Below are positions 52,894 through 62,596 of a DNA stretch of 64,000 nt, in pieces. Both the position numbers and the translations under genes were made by a program. Location of the stretch: positions 1 through 64,000 of IMG/VR virus record IMGVR_UViG_3300014773_000009; one strand, 5' to 3'. Positions within the stretch are counted from its first letter, which is position 1, and every line of letters starts with the position of its first letter. The DNA comes from a virus (Duplodnaviria > Caudoviricetes). The notes beneath the pieces were generated by a model, which had not been told where the DNA came from, made no database searches, and saw only the letters and a program-made list of their open reading frames with translations.

Positions 52894-54281
52894 GACTCCA
52901 CCGCCAACTCGTTCATGTCCCAGAGGTCAGAGAGGTGGTCGACGTCCGCGCGCATCCTGGCGACGTCGAAGCCACCTTTGGCGAGACCAGGTCGCCGCTG
53001 CTCCTGTTCACCCGCGGTGCAGTCAGCGCCGAATCGCGAGCAGTTACGGCCACCAGCTGGTGGGCTGTTAATCACCGGGTCGCTGGTTCGAGTCCAGCAG
53101 CTGGAGCCAAAAATCACGCAGAACTCGCTGCGTGGCGTGGGCACCAAGACCCCAAAATCCTGCGGTGAGTTCTCCCGCTTTCGAGGCTCCTGATACACCG
53201 GCGCTACAGCGCGCAGCATGCGCGCTGCGAGTTCTTCGCGGCTGAACCGTCCGTAGGTGGTCTCCACCATCCGCGTGTCCACGTGGCCCATGCTGGGCCC
53301 GATGAGCTCCACCGGCATGCCCGCGGCGCGCATCCAGTGGGAGTAGGTTCTGCGGAGGTCGTTGGCTGAGCATGGCTCGATGCTGGCGCGGCCGCACGCG
53401 TCGCGCAGGTCGCGCACGTTCTTCACCCACGGGCGAAACAGGCGACCGGCATCCTTGTTCGCGGCGCCGGCGAGCGCGTGCTTGAGCAGTTCGCGCTGCC
53501 ACGTCGTCACGATGGGAACCCAGCGCTCGCTCGCGTCGGTCTTGGTGCCGCGCACGCGAACGAAGCCAGCGTCGAGGTCGATGTCCACGCGCTCTGCCCG
53601 GTCGCTCTCCCCAAGGCGTGCGGAAGTGGCCACGATGAACGCCACCCGAGCGGCGCGATCTGCGGCGACCATGTTGTGCCACGGCCATTTCGCTCCACGG
53701 TCGCGCCCGAGCTCGACCAACAGCTGGTCGAACTCCTCTCGCACGAGCCACCGCTGACGCGGTTGGTAGCCGGGCGAGAACCCGATCGGCATGATCTTGG
53801 CGAGGTCGCCGTCCCAACGGTCGCGGCGCTTCGCGAGTCGGAGCGTCTTGCGGAGCACGACCAGCTCTTTGCTGATGGTGTTGGCGGTCACGCCCTCGTC
53901 GCGGCGCAGCGCGATGTACCCGTCCACATGCCGCGCAGCCAGGTCGCTCGCGAGCGTGGGGAGCACGAGCTCGCCTTCGGCGTCCTTGGTCTGGAGCGCG
54001 CGCACGAGGTGACCGGCACGCGCCGTGTAGAAGTCGACGGTCGCGGTGGACAGCTTGCCCTCCTTCGCCTGCGCCCAGCACTCCGCGATCATGTCGTCGA
54101 GCGCGGACTCGAGCGTGGTCGTGCTGGTCGTGTGATTGGGATCAGCCGACTCCCGCTCGAGACGTCGTGCGACCTGCTCAGCCGCCGCGCGGTCGTGGCA
54201 CTTGGTGGATCGCGTCTGCCGTTCGCCGGCGCGATCGTAGAACTGCGCGTACCAGACCCTGCCTCGCTTGAAGACCCGCAC
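52887..54281 (-). CDS. int: Integrase (tyrosine recombinase) with attP inside its 3' end
   Basis: KRG.VW N-terminus; R..E, GTKT, NDLRRT, MGH....M...Y; the C-terminal GSSCWTRTSDPVINS is a tRNA read antisense. Confidence 0.88.
   Translation of the reverse strand: MRVFKRGRVWYAQFYDRAGERQTRSTKCHDRAAAEQVARRLERESADPNHTTSTTTLESALDDMIAECWAQAKEGKLSTATVDFYTARAGHLVRALQTKDAEGELVLPTLASDLAARHVDGYIALRRDEGVTANTISKELVVLRKTLRLAKRRDRWDGDLAKIMPIGFSPGYQPRQRWLVREEFDQLLVELGRDRGAKWPWHNMVAADRAARVAFIVATSARLGESDRAERVDIDLDAGFVRVRGTKTDASERWVPIVTTWQRELLKHALAGAANKDAGRLFRPWVKNVRDLRDACGRASIEPCSANDLRRTYSHWMRAAGMPVELIGPSMGHVDTRMVETTYGRFSREELAARMLRAVAPVYQEPRKRENSPQDFGVLVPTPRSEFCVIFGSSCWTRTSDPVINSPPAGGRNCSRFGADCTAGEQEQRRPGLAKGGFDVARMRADVDHLSDLWDMNELAVESC
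53063..53109 (+). other. Probable attP core: 3' half of tRNA-Asn(GTT)
   Basis: CT-GTT-AA loop, TCACC, T-arm GCTGG-TTCGAGT-CCAGC, acceptor AGCTGGA-G-CCA; no D-arm upstream. Confidence 0.85.
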
Positions 54282-54448
54282 CGCATCACCTCCGCCACGT
54301 ACTGCTCCCAAACCGACCGCGGGACTCGCAGGATGCCACGAGCTCCGCGCTTGCGCTGCACCGCTCTTCGCATGTGCGCATACGCCGTCGACTCCACCAC
54401 GTCGAGCGACGCCATCACCTCCTGCACGGTGACGAACTCGGCGCTCAT
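54089..54448 (-). CDS. Excisionase-like HTH protein
   Basis: VTVQEVMASLDVVESTAY...LRVP...WEQY; directly upstream of and overlapping int. Confidence 0.6.
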   Translation of the reverse strand: MSAEFVTVQEVMASLDVVESTAYAHMRRAVQRKRGARGILRVPRSVWEQYVAEVMRCGSSSEAGSGTRSSTIAPANGRRDPPSATTARRLSRSHDVSSGSRLIPITRPARPRSSPRSTT

Positions 54449-55566
54449 GGCATCTCCTGCATCTCGCGCGCCACGCGCGAGAGGTAGCCGCATCCATCGA
54501 TGTGCGGACCAGGATCCTCAACGTCGGTCATGCATGGGCACACTGGCCACGTGTCTCCCGGCATCATCCGCGCGCGCAGGCCAGCGGGCCACTCCGACAT
54601 GTCTCCGCCCTTGCGGTCCTTCAGCGATCGCACGCCTAGCGGTCTCGACCCGAGCTGCTTCACGAACGCCGGCACACCTGCTGCGCGGCACTGCTCCACG
54701 ATGTCGTGGACCCACCGAACGTCGCACGGCCTGGCGCCGGGTCCGCTTTCGCCGCCAACGATGACCCAGTCGATTCTCGCGACGTCGCGGCACGGTCTGC
54801 CCATGTCTGAGTGTCGACCGGTGAGCGCGTCTACCTGGCACATGCTTGTATGTCCGGCGCGGTCGGCGTCCAGGTGCCTGAGATTGATCTTCTCCAATAG
54901 CGGCTCACACGACAAGAACCGCACGGTTGCAGGTGTTTGGAGCAGATGCGGAATGCGCTCGTCTGCGCGCTGCTGGTCTTCAACGCTCACGCCCAGGTGG
55001 ACGTTGCGCAGCGGCCATTGCTGGAAAACAAGGTATCCATGCTTGTCGAGGTCGTTGAGCAGCCTACGGCTCTGGTGCGTTCCTGGAGGCAATGCTCCAG
55101 CCTGCTCGGCGCACAGCTCGCAGCGAGAGATCGTGCCTGCGGCTAACGGCTCCGCGGTGAACGAGTCGACCCACATGAACCAGCGTCGCATCCGCTCTGT
55201 GCGCTTGGTGAGGACTTGGAACGTGTGCTGCGGCGCCGCTGCCATCACTCCGAAGACGGCAGCGATCTGCTCGTTGGTGTTCTGCTCGAAGAACAGATCG
55301 CCCATGTCGCAGACGAAGATGCGCGATGGGCTGCGCAGTCGAAGCGGCATCGTGAGGTCCTTGCCCCACAGCCGAGACTCGCCAGTCCACCGCGGGCCGC
55401 CCTGCCTCTCCGACCACTGTGCGAGCCCGGCGTACTTGGGCAGGTGTCGCAATCGCGTGGCCGTAAGCCGCTCGGCGTAGCAGTTCGCACAGCCTGGGCT
55501 GGTCCGCAGGCACCCGTTGAGGACGGGCCAGCTGTGGTCGGTCCACTCGATGTTGGTCTTACCCAT
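54445..55566 (-). CDS. Gp37/Gp68 (DUF5131) family protein
   Basis: T.IEWTD.SW, GC...SPGC.NCYA, MGDLF, HTFQVLTKR, FLSCEPLL, WVIVGGESG, FVKQLG. Confidence 0.93.
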   Translation of the reverse strand: MGKTNIEWTDHSWPVLNGCLRTSPGCANCYAERLTATRLRHLPKYAGLAQWSERQGGPRWTGESRLWGKDLTMPLRLRSPSRIFVCDMGDLFFEQNTNEQIAAVFGVMAAAPQHTFQVLTKRTERMRRWFMWVDSFTAEPLAAGTISRCELCAEQAGALPPGTHQSRRLLNDLDKHGYLVFQQWPLRNVHLGVSVEDQQRADERIPHLLQTPATVRFLSCEPLLEKINLRHLDADRAGHTSMCQVDALTGRHSDMGRPCRDVARIDWVIVGGESGPGARPCDVRWVHDIVEQCRAAGVPAFVKQLGSRPLGVRSLKDRKGGDMSEWPAGLRARMMPGDTWPVCPCMTDVEDPGPHIDGCGYLSRVAREMQEMP

Positions 55567-55969
55567 CGTCTCGCTCCAAGCAATTCCACTGCCCGCTCTT
55601 CGCGCGGACATAGTCGCGCCACGAACCGCCGAACTCGCGGCGACACTCGGCGAGTTCGGCCATCGTCGGATGGCCGCGCATGATCGGCGAGTCGCCGGCC
55701 TCGTGCAGGCGGACCCGCTTGGTGATTTGGAAGCGTAGGTGACCCGGAGCCGACGGACACACCGCTCCACGCCAGCAGCGTTTGTGACACTCGACCACAA
55801 AGCGCGTCAGTAGCGAGTCGTCGAACGTGCTCGCGCCAGGTCGTCCAACGTAGATCGAGACGCTGAAGACGCGGCCACCGTCGTGGCGGATGTCGCGGTC
55901 GCGCATGTGGCGCTGGAGCGCGGCCTCGAACAGCGCTCGGGCCTGGGCGGCTAGGTCGCTCATCGCCAC
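55559..55969 (-). CDS. Hypothetical protein
   Basis: STFD...LT.FV...H..C.R motif; coupled ORF. Confidence 0.6.
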   Translation of the reverse strand: MAMSDLAAQARALFEAALQRHMRDRDIRHDGGRVFSVSIYVGRPGASTFDDSLLTRFVVECHKRCWRGAVCPSAPGHLRFQITKRVRLHEAGDSPIMRGHPTMAELAECRREFGGSWRDYVRAKSGQWNCLERDDG

Positions 55970-56238
55970 CGCTCCAGCAAGAACGCCACTGCCGCCTCCG
56001 GATCCTCGAACCGAACGGCTCCCATCTGGATCTCGCTCAGCTCCAGCGCGGACAAGCCAGCGCGTTTGGCGGCCTCGCGCAGTCCAATACCAGCAGAGAC
56101 CCGCATCGACCGAATCTCGTTGCCGAGCGTCTCGGTGGCGTGCGAGTACATCTCGAGCTTGACCACGCCGAGTCCAATGGCATGCGCGTCGCGCGTCCCG
56201 ATGGGCTCGAGCTTAGTTCTCTTGAGCGGATCGGTCAT
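55960..56238 (-). CDS. XRE-like HTH protein
   Basis: IRSMRVSAGIGLREAAKRAGLSALELSEI. Confidence 0.65.
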   Translation of the reverse strand: MTDPLKRTKLEPIGTRDAHAIGLGVVKLEMYSHATETLGNEIRSMRVSAGIGLREAAKRAGLSALELSEIQMGAVRFEDPEAAVAFLLERWR

Positions 56239-56310
56239 GGTCTTGCTCCTGCGCGCAGCAGACCCATCTCGACCATGGGCGCGACGCACATTGGGTGATG
56301 GAGAGGGCTC

Positions 56311-56556
56311 TCATCGCTTGGTCTTCCGACGCGGTGCCATCCTGGCTGGGCGAATTCCTACGACTTCGAATGTGCGACCGGAGGCGCACATGGTGAGAAA
56401 CAGCGTGGCTCCGTCGCCATGGAAGTGAGCGTCGACGTGCACGCTCAGCTGCACGTTGGTGGCCTTTGCGTGGCGCATCGCGCGCAGCACGATAGCCAGC
56501 GCAGCCATCTCGCCGCTCGTCGCGCCATTGACGAGCGCCTCGTCTCGCTTGCTCAT
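56311..56556 (-). CDS. Hypothetical protein
   Basis: ATGA coupling. Confidence 0.45.
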   Translation of the reverse strand: MSKRDEALVNGATSGEMAALAIVLRAMRHAKATNVQLSVHVDAHFHGDGATLFLTMCASGRTFEVVGIRPARMAPRRKTKR

Positions 56557-56981
56557 GCTGGCTCCAAAATCGCAGCGGCGCACACGATCTCGCCGCAGTA
56601 GGTCACGCCCAGCTTGGGCAGGATGTCCCTGCCAAGCACCGTGCGGTGGCAGCGCTCCGGGTCGGTGCAGAAGCACAACAGCACGACGCGCGGAAGTCCC
56701 AACAGCGCATCCCACGCCGGCCGGCGCTCGCGATAGCTGAGCCGCATCTCCTCCGTGTACGCGGCCACGTAGCGCTCCCAGTCGCCGTCGGTGAGCCGGT
56801 TGAACTTGCGCTTGCTCAGGTACGGGTAGAGCAGCTCGGGCGACGGCGCGAAGAACAAGCCGATGCCGCGATGGCCACCGACCTCGCCCTTGTTTGCGCG
56901 CCGCACGTTGCCCTGCAGCGAGACGTCCAGGTGGTCGTCGTCGCGGATGCCAAGGCGGGCGGTGAAGACGTGGACGGTCAC
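56553..56981 (-). CDS. DUF488-like protein
   Basis: FAPS..LL, W..Y...Y..EMR.SY, VVLLCFC....CHR. Confidence 0.75.
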   Translation of the reverse strand: MTVHVFTARLGIRDDDHLDVSLQGNVRRANKGEVGGHRGIGLFFAPSPELLYPYLSKRKFNRLTDGDWERYVAAYTEEMRLSYRERRPAWDALLGLPRVVLLCFCTDPERCHRTVLGRDILPKLGVTYCGEIVCAAAILEPA

Positions 56982-57361
56982 GTGCCGCCTCCGATCACCT
57001 CGAGGTGCGAGTCGAGCGCAGCTCCAGCTTCCTCCCAGTTGCTGCCGCGGCATGGCTGTCCGCAGAGGCATGAGAGGACCACGTCGCCTACGAGGTTGTC
57101 GTAGCGCCCACCGCGCACACCGTGCTCGACGGTTCGCTGCGCACCCGTCGCCGCCAAGTACAGCTGGTCGATCGTCTTGCGGCCGACGCCACGAAGGTGG
57201 GCGATGTTGCGGCTTGGGTTCTTGCGCCACTCGAAGACGGCGTTCATGGCACGCACGTCGCTCCAGAGTGCCTGGCGTACGTCGTCGTCGCTGGTCTTCG
57301 CGAGCCATGCCTGGATCGTCTCGGCCTGTTCGAGCCGCTGCATGATGCTGGCTGCGCTCAT
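56978..57361 (-). CDS. Hypothetical protein
   Basis: Coupled ORF; C.CG...H C-terminus. Confidence 0.5.
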   Translation of the reverse strand: MSAASIMQRLEQAETIQAWLAKTSDDDVRQALWSDVRAMNAVFEWRKNPSRNIAHLRGVGRKTIDQLYLAATGAQRTVEHGVRGGRYDNLVGDVVLSCLCGQPCRGSNWEEAGAALDSHLEVIGGGT

Positions 57362-57579
57362 CGCGTCCGCCTCCTGACAACGAACTGCACAGGCTCCCCG
57401 CTCTCGTCGAGCAGCAGCCCGCCGGGTGTCGGCATCAGTCCTGTGACCTTGTGGATCGCGGCGCGCAGCTGTGGCGTGCACATCATCCCGCTGTCTTCCT
57501 CCACCGCAGCAATGCACGCCGCGAGCAGATCAGGGGCTGCTGCGAGCAACTTGCGCCAGTCGACGTCGATGCGCTTCAC
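57358..57579 (-). CDS. Hypothetical protein
   Basis: LLAAAPDLLAAC...AAI.K motif, common in phage small ORFs. Confidence 0.55.
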   Translation of the reverse strand: MKRIDVDWRKLLAAAPDLLAACIAAVEEDSGMMCTPQLRAAIHKVTGLMPTPGGLLLDESGEPVQFVVRRRTR

Positions 57580-57932
57580 AGCCGACCTCTCATCGCGCGT
57601 TTTGCGCGAGCGTTGGCAATCTCAAGCGCCACTTCCAGCGCCTCGATGCGCGCCTTTTGCTCTGCCATCTTCTCGACCACGCTGGGGCCGTTCAACGCTC
57701 GCGCTTGTAGCTCCCAGCGTGTGCCGTCAACACCTGTTGAAATCGCACCTGCGTAGGTCTTGCACTCCGGATGAGCCATCGCGTCGAGCAGCCGCCACGC
57801 GATCGACGATTCGATCATCGTCAGCATCTCGTTGGCCAACTCCAGGTGCTTCAACTCGCGTTCGCACTCGCCAGCTAGAACGGGATCCAGGCCCAGCGTC
57901 TCACAGTCGAGCAATCTCCGAAGCGCGCTCAC
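57576..57932 (-). CDS. Hypothetical protein
   Basis: GTGA-coupled ORF. Confidence 0.5.
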   Translation of the reverse strand: MSALRRLLDCETLGLDPVLAGECERELKHLELANEMLTMIESSIAWRLLDAMAHPECKTYAGAISTGVDGTRWELQARALNGPSVVEKMAEQKARIEALEVALEIANARAKRAMRGRL

Positions 57933-58582
57933 AGCCCCGCCTTGCGCAGCCGCGCGTCAAGGGCTTCGATGTTGCGGCGTAGATCGACCGCGTAGCGGCC
58001 CTCGAAATCGCCGGGTGTTGGGAACCCCGGCGACCAATCCAGCGGAGGCGCCTCCGCCTTCGGCTCGTCGTCGCGCTCGAACTCGTCCCCGTCGGCGAAG
58101 TGGCTGCCTTCGTGGCCGGCTTTGCGCTCGCACTGCTGCTGGCCGAAGTGGTGCCCGCTCGTCTCGCACATGAATGGGCACTGCTCAGGCAGACGAGGCT
58201 TGAACGGACTTAGCGCCCGCACTCGCTCCACCATAGCCTCTCGCGAAGACTCACACCCAAGCGCTTCAGCTACCGCGAGCAGGTCGGCGCGCGCCTCGTC
58301 GCGCTCGCGGGTGGTCTGCTCGAGTCTGGCACAGGCCATGTCGCGCCCCCTGGCGAGTTGCTCGATCCCAGCCGCCAGGCCCAGATCACCAACGCCAGCG
58401 CGCGCCAGCGCGTCGAGCGCCTCGGTGACGATCTTGTACGCCTTCGCCGACTCGGCATGCAGGCTCTCGGCGAAGTCGATTCCGCTCGCTGCGTTCAGCG
58501 CCAGCTGCGCCATCTCGTCCACGTCCGCCTTGCGCGCGCTGCCGTCGAGCCACGCGCGGGCCAGCTCTTCCAGGCGGGTCAC
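57929..58582 (-). CDS. Hypothetical coiled-coil protein
   Basis: ERDEARA repeat; C...C....GH.G.H motif. Confidence 0.55.
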   Translation of the reverse strand: MTRLEELARAWLDGSARKADVDEMAQLALNAASGIDFAESLHAESAKAYKIVTEALDALARAGVGDLGLAAGIEQLARGRDMACARLEQTTRERDEARADLLAVAEALGCESSREAMVERVRALSPFKPRLPEQCPFMCETSGHHFGQQQCERKAGHEGSHFADGDEFERDDEPKAEAPPLDWSPGFPTPGDFEGRYAVDLRRNIEALDARLRKAGL

Positions 58583-60996
58583 CGCACCACCACCCTTCCA
58601 CCGCCAACCTCAACCCTCGTGTCCGCCAGCTCCCACGTCGCTGGGTTGTGGCTGACGAACAGCAGGTGCCGACACGACGCGAGCTCGCGCGCGCGCCGGA
58701 GCATCTGCATGAAGCGCACGGCGTTGGCCCCGTCGAGCGCCGCACCACTCTCGTCGCGCACGATGGTGACGTCGGTGAGCCCGTGGGCGCGGCAGTTGAT
58801 CGTGGTCAGCGCGAGCGCCACAGCCTCGCTCAGGATGACCTTCTCGCCGCCGCTGAAGGTGTCCAGACTCCCCTCCCGGCCGCGCTCGGTGTCCATCACG
58901 GAAACGTCGCAGTCCTCCACCAGCTTCTTGCCGTCCGCGCTGACCCGCGTGGTCTCGAAGCGCACGCTGAACCGTGGCCCGAAGGCGGTGTGCAGCAGGT
59001 CGTTGGCCAGAGTCGACAGCTCTGGGCCAGCCGCGTCGACCAGCAGCGCCTGGACACCGTCGCGGCCGAGGCCGTCGGCGATGAGCTGCCAGTCGGCGAC
59101 ATCTTCGTCAGCCGCGGAGAGCTCGGCGCGCGCCGCTTCGACCCGCTTGGTGAGCTCCGGCAGCGCGTCCTTGGCCTTCGTGGTGGTGTGCACCCGGAGC
59201 AGCGCGGTCGAATGCGCGGCCTTGCGGACGCCCAAGCGCGCCTCCGCCTCGGTGACGGTGTGCATGCACGTCGGCCACACCGGGTCGAGCATTCCGTTGC
59301 GCTCGCCCTTGGCGCGGGCGAGTTCATCTTCGACTTGCAGAGCCTGCTCGCGCAACTCGACGACCCGGGCAGACGCGGCGGCCAGTGGCTGCTCCAGCCG
59401 GAGGAGTGGCTCCAGCTGGGCACGCTCGGCCTCGTGGGCCTTCAGCGTGGTGGTTGCCTGCTCGAGGCTCTGCTGGGCGCGGCGTTCGTCCTCGGTGCGG
59501 GCGTGCGCCACGTCGACAAGGCGCGCCACCTCGGCTCTGGCGGCGGCCTCGCGCTCGAACAGGTCAGCGGCATCGAGTTCGGCCTGCTCGACCTGGGGAA
59601 GCCGCGCGGATGTCGCCGAAAGCTCGGTGTGCCGACGACGGGCTTCGGTGATCGCGGTGGACGCCTTCTCGACGACGGACCGAGCGCTGGCCAGCTTTTT
59701 CGGGTGCTCCTGGGCGAGACGTGCTGCCACCTCGTCGTTGGTGAGCGCCGCCTGGGCCGCCCGACCGGCCATGTGCTCCTCGGCCACGATGTCCGTGAGC
59801 GCACACCGCAGCCCAGCGATGCGCCCGTCCGCGCCCACCAGCTGCGCGCCCATCGTCGCCTCGAGGTCGGCGCGGGCGCTGACGAGTGCCGCCTCCATCG
59901 CCTCCAGGTTGATGCCACGCAGCTCCTCCACCGCCCTGCGCACGCCCGGCCCCTCGCGCACCACGGCCTCCGCCTCACCCAGCAGCTTGGCCAGGCGGCC
60001 CCGCTCGCCCTCCGCCCGCTGAAGGGCAACCTGGGCGTCTCTCGTGCCCTCTCGTGCCCTGTCGCGGCTTTCCGTGCACGACTCGAGGTGCAGTCTGGCG
60101 CGCTGGATGAGCTCGACGTCGAGCTGGTCCGCACGCACTCTGGCAGCCCCCACCCGGTCGCGGTCGCCCACCAGCCGCACGTTGTTGGTCACCCTGGTCT
60201 CGATGTCGGCGAGCCTCCGCTGGAGTTCGTCCACGCGGGCGTCCGCCCGAGCGATGGCCGACGCCTGCTCCTCTGCGAGACGGCGCTCGCCGACCGCGCG
60301 CTCCGCCGCGCGCAGGTCGTCCTCGGCAGCCGCGAGCGCCTGGACGGCCTCAGCCAGGTCGCTGGCGGCGCCCTCGAACTCGTTGTCCACGAGGCCCTGG
60401 GCCAGCCAGAGCGCTTCCTCCGCCGCCCGCAGACGGTCACGCACGCCGCCGGCGGACGTCTTCCCGTCGCGCCCACGCTCCCGTGCCGCCGCAGCCAGCT
60501 GCTCGAGCTTCTCGACGCCCAGGAGCCGCAGGATGGTGGCCTTCCGCTCGCTCTTGCCCAGCGCGGCGAACCCCCCCGAGCCCTGGGCGGCGAACACCGA
60601 GGAGAAGAAGACCTCTGGGCTCGGCATGTGCCGGGCTGCCCAGGCCGCGAAGGCTTTTCGGCCCGTGCCCGGCAGCGCGGGCTGGCCAGCCGCGTCGAGC
60701 ACCAGCACCTCGCCCGTGCCCTTCACCGCATCGATGAGGTGTCGGATGGTGTAGCGGCTGCCGTTCACAACGGTGGCCTCCACGAGCGCGTCCCTGGCCA
60801 CCGCGCGGTCTTGCAGCGACTGCCGCTGGTCCGGAACGCTCAGCCCGAGGGCACCGGGGAACGCGTTGAGCAGGCTGGTCTTGCCCTGGCCGTTGGTGCC
60901 GACGACAGCAACCAGACCAGGCTCCACGGTGGAGAGGTCGAGCTCTGCGTCGGTGAATGGCCCGAAGGCGTGAAGGCGAAGGCGGTCGAGTCTCAT
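58579..60996 (-). CDS. SbcC/Rad50-like SMC ATPase
   Basis: GTNGQGKT, AAQG, long coiled coil, FSGGE, IVRDE, VSH. Confidence 0.9.
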   Translation of the reverse strand: MRLDRLRLHAFGPFTDAELDLSTVEPGLVAVVGTNGQGKTSLLNAFPGALGLSVPDQRQSLQDRAVARDALVEATVVNGSRYTIRHLIDAVKGTGEVLVLDAAGQPALPGTGRKAFAAWAARHMPSPEVFFSSVFAAQGSGGFAALGKSERKATILRLLGVEKLEQLAAAARERGRDGKTSAGGVRDRLRAAEEALWLAQGLVDNEFEGAASDLAEAVQALAAAEDDLRAAERAVGERRLAEEQASAIARADARVDELQRRLADIETRVTNNVRLVGDRDRVGAARVRADQLDVELIQRARLHLESCTESRDRAREGTRDAQVALQRAEGERGRLAKLLGEAEAVVREGPGVRRAVEELRGINLEAMEAALVSARADLEATMGAQLVGADGRIAGLRCALTDIVAEEHMAGRAAQAALTNDEVAARLAQEHPKKLASARSVVEKASTAITEARRRHTELSATSARLPQVEQAELDAADLFEREAAARAEVARLVDVAHARTEDERRAQQSLEQATTTLKAHEAERAQLEPLLRLEQPLAAASARVVELREQALQVEDELARAKGERNGMLDPVWPTCMHTVTEAEARLGVRKAAHSTALLRVHTTTKAKDALPELTKRVEAARAELSAADEDVADWQLIADGLGRDGVQALLVDAAGPELSTLANDLLHTAFGPRFSVRFETTRVSADGKKLVEDCDVSVMDTERGREGSLDTFSGGEKVILSEAVALALTTINCRAHGLTDVTIVRDESGAALDGANAVRFMQMLRRARELASCRHLLFVSHNPATWELADTRVEVGGGRVVVR

Positions 60997-62366
60997 GCTG
61001 CAATGGTCTCCTGGCGGCCAACGTTGGCGCGGATGAGTGCGGCCGCGACGGGGGGCGACACGCTGTTCCCGCACAGTCGGATCTGGGCCGTCTTCGTGAG
61101 CGGCCTTCCATCGACAAGCGCATCGATGGAGTAACCATCATGGAAGCCCTGCGCTCGAAAAAGCTCTCGCGGCTGAAGCATTCGGTGGTGAATGTCGGCC
61201 ACATCGAAGCGCTCACCGTCAACGACTACCGTCGCGTCGACGCCCAACAACTCGCGCACGTCGGCGCGACGGTCGCCGTCAGAGTGCACGGTCACGAATC
61301 CGTGATGGTCCTTGGCTGTGATGGTGGAGATGGACCGGTCGAGCGGGACGCCGTCGTTGCCGTGTCCGCTGTAATGGCGAGCCAGGAAGGCGCACACCAG
61401 CGCATGCTTCTGGCCTTGGGCCATCACGGTGCCGAGCGGCTGCTGGATGTCGTAGACACGCGGAGATTGGCCCTCCCGCTCTCCGTTGCCGCTGTGGATC
61501 AGCGTCGGCGCGACGAGCGCGAACGGGCTGCGGCTCGACGCCGTGATGGTGCGCAGCGGCTCGTCGACCGAGTGGACGCGGTGGTCTCCAGCGTGAGAGA
61601 CGGGGATCACAAATGGGCGCGGGCAGTCGAGAACAAAGCGCCGGATGCCTCGCGCGATGCGAGCCAACGTGTTCGCCGCTAGCGGGCGTGAGCGCCCGAA
61701 GATGGATCGCGATGGCAGGCCGAAGTCGATGCATTCGGCAGCAGTGCGGAATGGTTGCTCCCACATGGACGTGCCGTGTGTTGGCATCGGCCACACGATG
61801 GGCCGGCCGTCGCGCCTGGCGACGACGAACAGGCGCTTGCGCGTCGTTGGCGCGCCGTAGTCGCACGCGCGTAGCTCGCGCCAATCCACCGCGTACCCAG
61901 CCGACTTGAGGCAACCTACCCAGTGGCGAAAGTTGCGACCAGCGCGGCCCCAATCGGGTCGACCAGCGGCAGTCAGAGGGCACCAGTCGGCGAACTCGGT
62001 CACGTTCTCCAGGCAAATGATCGCTGGCCGGACCTCGCGGGCCCAACGCACGACCACGTGAGCGAGAGCCCTCCTGGCGGTTGCAACTCGTCGGTCTCGG
62101 AAGGGCGCCGCGCCGCGGCTTCTCGAGAAGAAGGTGCAATCCGGAGAAGCCCACAGCAGCGAGACCTTGCGCCCACCGACGACCATGCGCGGGTCCGCGT
62201 GCCAAACGTCGCCGCAGACGTGGTGGGTGTCTGCGTGGTTGACAGCGTGCAGGGCCACCGCATCTGGGTCGTGGTTGATGGCAACGTCAGGAGAGCGGCC
62301 GAGCGCTAGCTCGATCCCGAGAGAGGCGCCACCGCCCCCAGCGAAAAGGTCCACCACAATACTCAC
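60993..62366 (-). CDS. DNA cytosine-C5 methyltransferase
   Basis: DLFAGGGG, SPDC, ENV, R.RLF, R.L...EL..AQGF, GNSV.P. Confidence 0.93.
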   Translation of the reverse strand: MSIVVDLFAGGGGASLGIELALGRSPDVAINHDPDAVALHAVNHADTHHVCGDVWHADPRMVVGGRKVSLLWASPDCTFFSRSRGAAPFRDRRVATARRALAHVVVRWAREVRPAIICLENVTEFADWCPLTAAGRPDWGRAGRNFRHWVGCLKSAGYAVDWRELRACDYGAPTTRKRLFVVARRDGRPIVWPMPTHGTSMWEQPFRTAAECIDFGLPSRSIFGRSRPLAANTLARIARGIRRFVLDCPRPFVIPVSHAGDHRVHSVDEPLRTITASSRSPFALVAPTLIHSGNGEREGQSPRVYDIQQPLGTVMAQGQKHALVCAFLARHYSGHGNDGVPLDRSISTITAKDHHGFVTVHSDGDRRADVRELLGVDATVVVDGERFDVADIHHRMLQPRELFRAQGFHDGYSIDALVDGRPLTKTAQIRLCGNSVSPPVAAALIRANVGRQETIAA

Positions 62367-62596
62367 GATCGCGACCTCCACATCCCAGCTACCTGCTCGA
62401 ACGCCTCAGCGTGCTCGAAGCACCTTGCCGCCAGATGCTCGACGTCGGGCGTGGAGACGCGCACCAGGGCCTGTACGAACAGATCGCGCGCCAGGCTTTC
62501 GATGCGGTCCCGACGTGCGCGAGCTTCGCCGTCAGCCATCACACGATGGTGGTGGTCGAGCAAGGCCTTGCGTTCTTCGTCGCTGATCAGACTCAC
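62363..62596 (-). CDS. Small hypothetical protein
   Basis: GTGA overlaps at both ends. Confidence 0.5.
   Translation of the reverse strand: MSLISDEERKALLDHHHRVMADGEARARRDRIESLARDLFVQALVRVSTPDVEHLAARCFEHAEAFEQVAGMWRSRS

Noticed and set aside
53040-53109. Complete tRNA-Asn gene
   Set aside because: There is no D-arm or proper 5' half; it is better explained as an att core.
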